The notes beneath the pieces were generated by a model. It did no database searches and was not told the origin of the DNA. It worked only from the letters and a program-made list of their open reading frames with translations. Shown piece after piece: positions 18,388 to 25,163 of a DNA stretch of 25,163 nucleotides. The DNA comes from Saprospiraceae bacterium. Its GTDB lineage: Bacteria; Bacteroidota; Bacteroidia; Chitinophagales; Saprospiraceae. Positions within the stretch are counted from its first letter, which is position 1, and every line of letters begins with the position of its first letter. Position numbers and translations under genes: made by a program. The stretch lies in NCBI GenBank assembly GCA_020630735.1, contig JAHDIP010000061.1:1-25163 (forward strand). The letters are read 5' to 3'.

Positions 18388-19188
18388 ATGAAAATGAAAT
18401 ATTTGATTTGGCTATTCCTTATTGTGAACTTAATTGTTTGTTGTTCTCAGACAAATGAGCAGGTAGAAACTAAAACAGAAGATCATGCCGTAGTTCCAAA
18501 ACTCTTAGAAAAAAGAGTATCTCCATTTGATGCTTGTGAGCAATTGGTAATCGTGACTAGTCCTACTGCCAATCAAGTAGGTGGTACCTTACAAAAATTT
18601 ATAAAAAAAGACAAAGAATGGCTAAAATTTGGAGAAAAACATCCGATAAGTTTAGGAAGAACAGGCTTGGCTAAAGGAAAAGGAATTATAGATGATAAAA
18701 TACTGGAAGGTGTATCTAAGCAAGAAGGGGATGGTAAATCTCCAGCAGGAATATTTCGCTTTGGTACAGCCTTCGGTAATGCTTCAGTAGCTTCTGTTTC
18801 TTGGGTTTCAATGCCTTATATACAAATAGATGAAGCGACTCAATGTATTGAAGATGGTCATTCAAAATATTATAACCAGATAATTGATGGTAAAAAAGTG
18901 GTTGCCGATTGGAAAAAAAATGATTTTATGCTTCGGAAAGATGATTTATATAAATGGGGACTTATGGTTGAACATAATACGCCTGCATCAGAAATGGCTG
19001 GTTCTTGTATCTTTTTTCACCTTTGGTCTGGTAAAGGAAAACCTACAGCAGGTTGTACAGCCATGTCGGAAACTAAAATCTTGGAATTATTGCATTGGAT
19101 AGATGAAAAAAAAGACCCCTTACTTATACAAGTAACCGAAAAAGAGTATACCCAACTACAGAAAAAATATAATCTTCCACTTTTTTAA
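18388..19188 (+). CDS. Lipoprotein with an L,D-transpeptidase-like (YkuD-fold) catalytic domain
   Basis: Lipobox LIVCCSQ. C-terminal H...S.GC context (CIFFHLWSGKGKPTAGCTAMSE) resembles the LDT catalytic His/Cys region. The track start at 18322 is TTG. I used the ATG at 18388 (MKMKYLIW). Confidence 0.55.
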   Translation: MKMKYLIWLFLIVNLIVCCSQTNEQVETKTEDHAVVPKLLEKRVSPFDACEQLVIVTSPTANQVGGTLQKFIKKDKEWLKFGEKHPISLGRTGLAKGKGIIDDKILEGVSKQEGDGKSPAGIFRFGTAFGNASVASVSWVSMPYIQIDEATQCIEDGHSKYYNQIIDGKKVVADWKKNDFMLRKDDLYKWGLMVEHNTPASEMAGSCIFFHLWSGKGKPTAGCTAMSETKILELLHWIDEKKDPLLIQVTEKEYTQLQKKYNLPLF

Positions 19189-19359
19189 TTTTTTTTAGGC
19201 TAAAACACCTAACATATTGGTTAAAAAGGGTATGCAATTACGTTACATTTTTTTTTGTAAAATCTTTTAATAAACACTTTTAAAGAAAGTATTATTGTTA
19301 ATACTATGTCACAAAACAGTTTAAAGTGGTTAAAAAGCAATCGTTGGAGAGTATATATT

Positions 19360-19367
19360 TACATTTG
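19360..19367 (+). promoter_or_regulatory. Exact TAnnTTTG -7 motif in an ORF-free intergenic segment (putative sRNA promoter)
   Basis: tacatttg (19360-19367) lies about 80-110 nt upstream of the strong terminator at 19446-19479. No ORF occupies the segment. Confidence 0.3.
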
Positions 19368-19445
19368 TAAGAAGCAAAGAAACAAGATGACTTAAATAAA
19401 TATAGTTTTATATAAAGATATTAGAAATTGGCTTGGTAGTAGATT

Positions 19446-19479
19446 GAAGTTCTTCCTTTTGGAAGAACTTTTTTTTTGT
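19446..19479 (+). terminator. Strong plus-strand intrinsic terminator, 290 nt downstream of the LDT-like gene
   Basis: 10-bp stem aagttcttcc (19447-19456) paired with ggaagaactt (19461-19470), loop tttt, then T9 (19471-19479). There is no matching U-run in the minus orientation. Confidence 0.75.
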
Positions 19480-19553
19480 CTACCAATATAGTAACTATTT
19501 AGCAACAATGCTAAGGAATAAGGAATAATATTTTGTCAACTTGTATTCTTTAT

Positions 19554-20039
19554 TTAAACCTCATTTCTAATTTTCATGGGCAAAAATCGAAGTCCTTCTT
19601 CCTCTTGTTCTTTATCACTTGCCACAAAACCTAATTTTTCATAAAACCTAATGGCTTGTAAAGCTGAATTAACCGTCATATGTGTTGATTGTGGAAATAA
19701 CTGTTTGCAATTTAGCATTGCTTGATGTATCAATTGCTGACCTATTCCCCGTTTTTGATAAGTGTCATCTATAAAGAGCAAGCCCAAATGCCCAGGGCTT
19801 CTTATTTCACTCATGCCTACTATTGTTCGTTCCGACAATGCTACATAGATTTTATTTCCCTTTTCTAAGCGGTTGAGTATTTTATCGCATGGAATAACGT
19901 GATGGTTAAATTTATCAATGCCTTTTGCAGAAAGGGTCGGTGCAATATTTTTTTGGAAAACACGCTTACAGAGATTATGGATGAAGGGAATTTCTGTTGC
20001 TAATACTTCTCTAATAATTATTTTGGGGGTATTATTCAA
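19554..20039 (-). CDS. GNAT family N-acetyltransferase
   Basis: Acetyl-CoA-binding motif A context QKRGIGQQLIHQA. The start is TTG at 20039 with no in-frame ATG near it. It sits 18 bp downstream of the cvpA stop on the same strand. Confidence 0.7.
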   Translation of the reverse strand: MNNTPKIIIREVLATEIPFIHNLCKRVFQKNIAPTLSAKGIDKFNHHVIPCDKILNRLEKGNKIYVALSERTIVGMSEIRSPGHLGLLFIDDTYQKRGIGQQLIHQAMLNCKQLFPQSTHMTVNSALQAIRFYEKLGFVASDKEQEEEGLRFLPMKIRNEV

Positions 20040-20057
20040 ATGTACAAGTTTAGAAAA

Positions 20058-20666
20058 TTATTGATCTTTTGATTTTGCTCGATCATCTTCGTCGGGAATA
20101 TCATAAACGCTAGGATCACTTTCGGAGCGTTGAATACCAATATCTTCAATATTATCTAAAGCATTCATGGCTTGATCATAGAAGTCTTTAAATACAGGTT
20201 TGAAACGGGCTGATAGTTGCTGTGCCTGTCCAGGAAATTCCTTCAAATAAGGGTAAGTCATTGATTCTTTCTTCGTTTGAGCATCAATAAATCTTGCCGA
20301 ATCACCAAACCAAACAAATACACTATATAATAAGATCATTAAGGCTGCAAGGAGTGTTCCACCCATTATTTGGTTGATGATATTGATATTAGCAGATTTG
20401 AGAATACCTTCGAAGCCTCGAGCCAGCATTCGAATGAAGACCATCGTAACAACGAAGGTGAGTAGAAAGCCAGCAATAAACATCAAATCACTCTTGTTAC
20501 TGAGAGCTGTTTGTAAAAAGGTTGTCGTTGCTTTCGAAAATTTTACAGCTACCATTACACCTAGCATAATGGAGAGAAAAGTAAATACCGTTTGGATAAT
20601 CCCTTTTGAGAATCCAAGGTAAAAACCATATAAAGCGAATACTACAAATACAATGTCTATTACCAT
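20058..20666 (-). CDS. cvpA: CvpA family membrane protein (colicin V production protein homolog)
   Basis: N-terminus VIDIVFVVFALYGFYLGFSKG followed by four TM helices, typical of CvpA. The track starts at TTG 20678. I used the ATG at 20664-20666 (MVIDIV...). Confidence 0.75.
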   Translation of the reverse strand: MVIDIVFVVFALYGFYLGFSKGIIQTVFTFLSIMLGVMVAVKFSKATTTFLQTALSNKSDLMFIAGFLLTFVVTMVFIRMLARGFEGILKSANINIINQIMGGTLLAALMILLYSVFVWFGDSARFIDAQTKKESMTYPYLKEFPGQAQQLSARFKPVFKDFYDQAMNALDNIEDIGIQRSESDPSVYDIPDEDDRAKSKDQ

Positions 20667-20672
20667 AACTGT

Positions 20673-20755
20673 CTGCAAAATAAGTCTTTATCGGGTAAAA
20701 AACCCAAATTCTATATGTTTAGACGTATTTTTTCGACTAAGGGACTATTTTGCAG
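20673..20755. repeat. Long-range inverted repeat (10 bp perfect, about 13 bp with one bulge; 55-63 nt spacer) spanning the cvpA translation-start region
   Basis: ctgcaaaata (20673-20682) is the reverse complement of tattttgcag (20746-20755). The stem extends through agtc (20683-20686) paired with gact (20742-20745), with a 1-nt bulge. Confidence 0.45.
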
Positions 20756-20892
20756 TATTCTTTAAATGTTTATTCAAACAAAACAGCTATTATTGCATTT
20801 ACCCAAGCAAGTAGGATAAAATCATTTAGAATCGGTTATGTTTCTATTCTAAATGGTATTAACAATTGTATTTATTAACCAAAAATAAAAGA

Positions 20893-21363
20893 ATGAAATA
20901 TCTAAAGCTTATTTTACCCATACTAATTCTGTTTGCTGGAGTTCAATTTCTCAAAGATTACTTTGTTGGTAATAATAGTAAATTGACAGAAGCACAAACA
21001 CTTGTAGATCAAGGAAAAACGGTAGAAGCAGTGCTTAATCCCGAATATAAACAGATGACGATAGGCGGTGCAGAAGTAGACTCGTATACCATTATGTACA
21101 CATACGATGTCAATGGTAAGAAGTACGAAGAATCAGAATCAGTTAACAAATTACCAGAAATCACAAATTTAGAGAACAAGGTAAATATTACTTATTTGCC
21201 TTCTGACCCTTCTGTTTGCTCGATTAACCCTCAAGACAAATTATCGAAAGCAAAAGAGGATTCAGATTCTAAAATTTCATTGTATATAGGTCTGGCTGCC
21301 TTAGTTATTGGAGGCTTAACTTTATTTGGTCGAGTAAAAGAATTGAAAGAGCCTACTGCATAA
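20893..21363 (+). CDS. Small membrane protein (N- and C-terminal TM helices around a beta-rich domain; DUF3592-like)
   Basis: The track start at 20866 is TTG. ATG 20893 gives MKYLKLILPILILFAGV... (TM1). The C-terminus ISLYIGLAALVIGGLTLFG is TM2. Confidence 0.5.
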   Translation: MKYLKLILPILILFAGVQFLKDYFVGNNSKLTEAQTLVDQGKTVEAVLNPEYKQMTIGGAEVDSYTIMYTYDVNGKKYEESESVNKLPEITNLENKVNITYLPSDPSVCSINPQDKLSKAKEDSDSKISLYIGLAALVIGGLTLFGRVKELKEPTA

Positions 21364-21400
21364 GTTTTATGGTGCCCCTTTTCAAAAGGTAACAGTCTAA

Positions 21401-21441
21401 TAAAAAATCCGAGTGATGAATAGATCACTCGGATTTTTTTA
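21401..21441. terminator. Bidirectional intrinsic terminator between convergent genes
   Basis: A-run, then 11-bp stem atccgagtgat (21407-21417) paired with atcactcggat (21424-21434), then T7. Confidence 0.7.
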
Positions 21442-21449
21442 GTTATTAC

Positions 21450-23408
21450 TTAACCTTTCAAATCAGGCTTTAAGTGCTTTGACAAAAATCCAATCATTGC
21501 CTTATATACTTCAAACTGGTTTTCTTCATTATGAAAACCATGTCCTTCATCATATTTGACCATATAAGGCACATCAATATTTCTTGACCTCAACGATTCT
21601 ACAATTTGATCTGATTCATCAATATTGACTCTTGGGTCGTTGGCGCCTTGAATCACAAATAGTGGTGCTTTTATTTTATCAACATGGAGAGCTGGCGAAG
21701 CAGCAGCCATAGCTTCCTTATCTACATCAGGATTACCAACCATCGTATACATCATTTTCAGGTAAGGTTCCCAATATGGAGGAATTGTTTTCATGAAAGT
21801 GAATAGATTGGATACACCGACATAGTCAATTCCACAAGCATATAAATTTGGAGTAAATGTTAATCCTGCAAGTGTTGCGTAGCCACCATAGCTACCGCCA
21901 TAAATGGCTACTCGTTTAGGGTCAGCAATGTTTTGATCAAGTAACCATTGAACACCATCAGTAATATCGTCTTGCATTGTCTTTCCCCATTGACCAAAAC
22001 TTTTTTCCCAAAAATCGCGTCCAAAACCAGTACTTCCTCTAAAATTCATTTTTAATATGGCATAACCTCTACTAGCTAAAAGTTGAATTTCAGGATTGAA
22101 GCCCCAGCTATCACGGGCCCAAGGACCACCATGAGGATTAATAACAACGGGAAGATTTTTTTGGTTGGTGCCTTTAGGTAAGGTCAGATACCCGTTAATA
22201 GTCAAACCATCACGAGATTTGTAACTGATAGGTTTCATATGAGCCATGTCTTCTTCGTCTATCCAAGGACTGACATCGCATATTTTTTTGAGTTTATCGG
22301 TATTTGTATCGTAGAAATAGTACGCACCCAAAGAGCGATCACTATAGGTACGAATCATATATTTGTCTTCTGCTTTATTCGATCCAGTTGGTACTACTTC
22401 GTAATCGCCTAACTCTTTTTCCAAACGCTCTTGTAACGCTTTTCGTTGGTCATCAAGGAAATGATAATGATTTTTGCTAGTATTATAAAAAACCGCTGTT
22501 AATACTTTTCGTTTTTTAGAATAGAAGAGGTTTTCAACATCTACTTCAGGATGAGAGAAGATGGGTTCACCTACTTCTTTTCCGCTTTCCATATCGAATT
22601 TTGTAATGACTGTTTTATCTCGATCTAGGTTAGAAAAGACATAAACGATATTGCCATTATCAAAATCAAAAAAAAGTGGCTGAATAACTACTCGAAAATC
22701 TGTAGTGATAACATCTTTAAAATCTTCTGTCTCGGTAGCCCGATACATTAATGTGCTATTGGTACCTCCTACAATTTTACTAGCAGCTCTTAGTTTTCCT
22801 GCGTGGTCAAATAGCCAACCATCCATAGGCTCTAGAGGATTGGTATTGTCAGCTAAGCGAGTGGTTTCTCCCGTTTCTATATTCAACCGATACGGTTCAA
22901 AAAGTTGTGGATTACGCTTGTTCATACCGATAATGATTTCTTCATCAATATCTTTGAGTTGGTCAATTACATTGATGCGTACTCCTTTGAAAGGGGTGAG
23001 GTCTTTTGCATTAGCGCCATTTTTATCTACTGCATAGAGCAAGAAGTTTTCATCTCCACCACTATCTTTTATATAAACCAGTCGGTTATCATTTGCCCAA
23101 AAATAACCAGAGATATCTCTGTCTGTTTCATTGGTAATACGAACAGCTTTTTCTTCTCCAATTTTTTGAATGAAAATATTTTGTCGACGTTCGTAAGGTC
23201 CCATATAAGAAAAGTGCGTACCATCTGGAGAAAGTTGATATCTAGACTTTTCTGGTTTTCTAAAAAAATCTTCAACAGAATACTTAAATTCCCCTTTCGA
23301 CTCACTAATTAAAGCATTTATATCATTAGCATTTGAGGGGAGTGTTATATTACCAGGCAAGTCTTTTTTTTCTTCTTTGGTAGGCATTTCTAGTTCGTTA
23401 TTAGACAT
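21450..23408 (-). CDS. S9 family serine peptidase (prolyl oligopeptidase / acylaminoacyl-peptidase-like) with an N-terminal beta-propeller
   Basis: GxSxGG nucleophile elbow GGSYGGYATL, Asp context QGANDPRV, and His context DEGHGF. The track start at 23438 is TTG. I used the ATG at 23406-23408 (MSNNELEM). Confidence 0.85.
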   Translation of the reverse strand: MSNNELEMPTKEEKKDLPGNITLPSNANDINALISESKGEFKYSVEDFFRKPEKSRYQLSPDGTHFSYMGPYERRQNIFIQKIGEEKAVRITNETDRDISGYFWANDNRLVYIKDSGGDENFLLYAVDKNGANAKDLTPFKGVRINVIDQLKDIDEEIIIGMNKRNPQLFEPYRLNIETGETTRLADNTNPLEPMDGWLFDHAGKLRAASKIVGGTNSTLMYRATETEDFKDVITTDFRVVIQPLFFDFDNGNIVYVFSNLDRDKTVITKFDMESGKEVGEPIFSHPEVDVENLFYSKKRKVLTAVFYNTSKNHYHFLDDQRKALQERLEKELGDYEVVPTGSNKAEDKYMIRTYSDRSLGAYYFYDTNTDKLKKICDVSPWIDEEDMAHMKPISYKSRDGLTINGYLTLPKGTNQKNLPVVINPHGGPWARDSWGFNPEIQLLASRGYAILKMNFRGSTGFGRDFWEKSFGQWGKTMQDDITDGVQWLLDQNIADPKRVAIYGGSYGGYATLAGLTFTPNLYACGIDYVGVSNLFTFMKTIPPYWEPYLKMMYTMVGNPDVDKEAMAAASPALHVDKIKAPLFVIQGANDPRVNIDESDQIVESLRSRNIDVPYMVKYDEGHGFHNEENQFEVYKAMIGFLSKHLKPDLKG

Positions 23409-23704
23409 GATAATCGATTGATTTTGATAGTTACACAAAAATAAGAACTCACTATTATTCTAACGTGAATTGTAGGGAAAAGGTTCTTTTCATATTGGGG
23501 TGTTAAATAATATAGTAAGATAAGTCCTAAAACCTAAAAATATATGATTTATTCTACGAATATAGCGATTCTAAAGACTAGTGTATAGAGAGAAGCAGAT
23601 TATTTTTTTTAACAAAAACATTCTGCTTAAAGCTTCGTTATACAATACAGCCACTTAAGTACATTCTTAAACGACTTCTGTATATCTAAATAAGCATTTA
23701 TTTG

Positions 23705-25138
23705 ATGAGAAACACTTTACTACTCTTTATATTTCTTTTTCCAATAAGTATGTTTAGTCAGATTCCTGATTTGACAACAGACGAACTAAAGGAAGATGTG
23801 CAATATTTGCAGGAAGCTTTGTACGAATGTCATGCAAATGTTTTTCGCTATTATCCAAAAGATACACTTGACTATTATTTCGAAACGTTTCAAGCTTTAG
23901 TAGATACGAGCACAAATAAACGTTTATTTGAAAATCAATTGAGAGAAGTGATTACTAAAGTAGGTTGTGTGCATACGATGGCTTTTTTACCAACCAAGAA
24001 GGCGAAAAAGAAAGAGGAAAAACCTACATGGATCATTCCGTTCAAAGTTTTTACTGATGGAAAAAAGCTTTGGGTTGCCGATGTCTTAGAAGATAGTTTG
24101 CTGCATTATAAAGGAGTCGAAATTCTAGAGATTAATGGAAGAGACACTGATCGTATTGTTGACCGTTTGCGGAAACATCAATCTGCAGATGGATACAATA
24201 TGAGCTTTTCTAAACGATTCTTAAATCGAGGATTGTATTTTAATTTGTTGGCAACTCGTTATTATGGAACGGATAGCTTAGCGACTTTTAGTTTTGGTCG
24301 TACAGGGAAGGTGGAGACAAGAAAAATACCTTCTATTGATCTAAAGACTTTTAAACCTAAAAAGAAAAAAAAGATTACTTATTGGCGTAGCATGATGAAG
24401 AATCATTTTTTTAGAATAGATTCTACAACGAATACTGGAATTATAAAAATAGCTGCTTTCAAACCTTATAATCGAAAAACACAGCGATTTTATAAAAAGG
24501 CATTTAAAACAATAGAACAAAGTGGAGTAGAAAATTTAGTGATCGACCTTCGAGATAATTTAGGAGGCAACATATTCGAAGCAGCTTCTTTGCTTTCTTA
24601 TATTTTAGATGATCAACATTATTATACACTAGAGCGAGAAAAAAATAATCTAAAAAAATATGCGACAGCTTCTACTAAGTTTGCAAACAAAATGATTTAT
24701 CTCAAGCGTAATATATTCTCTTTTCGGAAACGTTATAAAAAAGATAGCTTCCATATTATCGAAATGAAATTTAAGCCTTCCAAACGATTTAATTTTGATG
24801 GGAAAACTTGGGTGATTACAAATGGCATGTCTACTTCTTCTTCTAGTTATTTGGCAGCTTATCTGAAACATCAAGGCAATGCTACCATTGTAGGACAAGA
24901 AGCCGGAGGAGGCGAAGCGGGAAATAACGGTGGTTTTTATGCCAAAATTCTTTTGCCCAATTCTAAAATAAAAATTCAGATTCCACAATACTGGCTCAAC
25001 TATCACTTAGTCGAAGATAAAGGGACAGGTGCTATTCCTCATTATCCAATAAGCCCCAAACTAAAAGATATTATACAGAAAAAAGATGTAGAGCTAGATT
25101 TTATTTTGAAAGAAATAGAAAAGGAAAAGAAGAAATAA
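23705..25138 (+). CDS. S41 family peptidase (C-terminal-processing / tricorn-core-like) with a signal peptide
   Basis: S41 motifs LVIDLRDNLGGN and TNGMSTSSSSYLAAYLK (Ser/Lys dyad context). Signal peptide MRNTLLLFIFLFPISMFSQ. The track start at 23702 is TTG. ATG at 23705. Confidence 0.8.
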   Translation: MRNTLLLFIFLFPISMFSQIPDLTTDELKEDVQYLQEALYECHANVFRYYPKDTLDYYFETFQALVDTSTNKRLFENQLREVITKVGCVHTMAFLPTKKAKKKEEKPTWIIPFKVFTDGKKLWVADVLEDSLLHYKGVEILEINGRDTDRIVDRLRKHQSADGYNMSFSKRFLNRGLYFNLLATRYYGTDSLATFSFGRTGKVETRKIPSIDLKTFKPKKKKKITYWRSMMKNHFFRIDSTTNTGIIKIAAFKPYNRKTQRFYKKAFKTIEQSGVENLVIDLRDNLGGNIFEAASLLSYILDDQHYYTLEREKNNLKKYATASTKFANKMIYLKRNIFSFRKRYKKDSFHIIEMKFKPSKRFNFDGKTWVITNGMSTSSSSYLAAYLKHQGNATIVGQEAGGGEAGNNGGFYAKILLPNSKIKIQIPQYWLNYHLVEDKGTGAIPHYPISPKLKDIIQKKDVELDFILKEIEKEKKK

Positions 25139-25163
25139 TATCGTACTAGAGGCTAATAAAAAA

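Noticed and set aside
2225-20755. Possibility that the 84-bp (2225-2308) and 83-bp (20673-20755) inverted-repeat elements are copies of one MITE/REP family
   Set aside because: Sizes are similar and both arms contain TATTTT...CAG, but the terminal orientation is inverted between the two (TATTTT outermost versus CTG outermost) and the internal sequences do not align. I treat them as independent structures.

Overview
The window is AT-rich (roughly 35% GC) and looks like ordinary chromosome from a member of Bacteroidota. Three things point that way: a T9SS (Por-type) C-terminal sorting domain on the large secreted protease, no Shine-Dalgarno sequences, and TAnnTTTG-type -7 promoter motifs. Gene density is high and most genes are housekeeping or envelope functions (rlmB, prs, rplY/ctc, adk, obg, cvpA), interleaved with an unusual number of envelope and secreted peptidases (M36 fungalysin-like, C40 NlpC/P60, L,D-transpeptidase-like, S9, S41, S24). 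Six ORF-track starts are TTG translated as M (7575, 14312, 18322, 20039, 20678, 20866, 23438, 23702). Where an in-frame ATG lies just downstream I used it as the start (14366, 18388, 20666, 20893, 23408, 23705). I found no integrase, transposase, CRISPR array, rRNA or tRNA, and nothing that looks like a classical defence island. The things most worth a second look are, in order: (i) a 478-aa protein that joins an APH/CotS-fold kinase domain to an unmistakable RapZ C-terminal domain; (ii) an intergenic segment with a consensus -7 box and a strong intrinsic terminator about 100 nt downstream, which is a candidate sRNA; (iii) two long-range nested inverted repeats in 5' regions (2225-2308 and 20673-20755); (iv) an uncharacterised soluble protein translationally coupled to a YhhN lysoplasmalogenase-family membrane protein; (v) a co-directional NfeD-flotillin-DMT-lipoprotein cluster whose lipoprotein carries a CX4CH motif. 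All functional calls rest on motifs I recognised by eye. I could run no database search.
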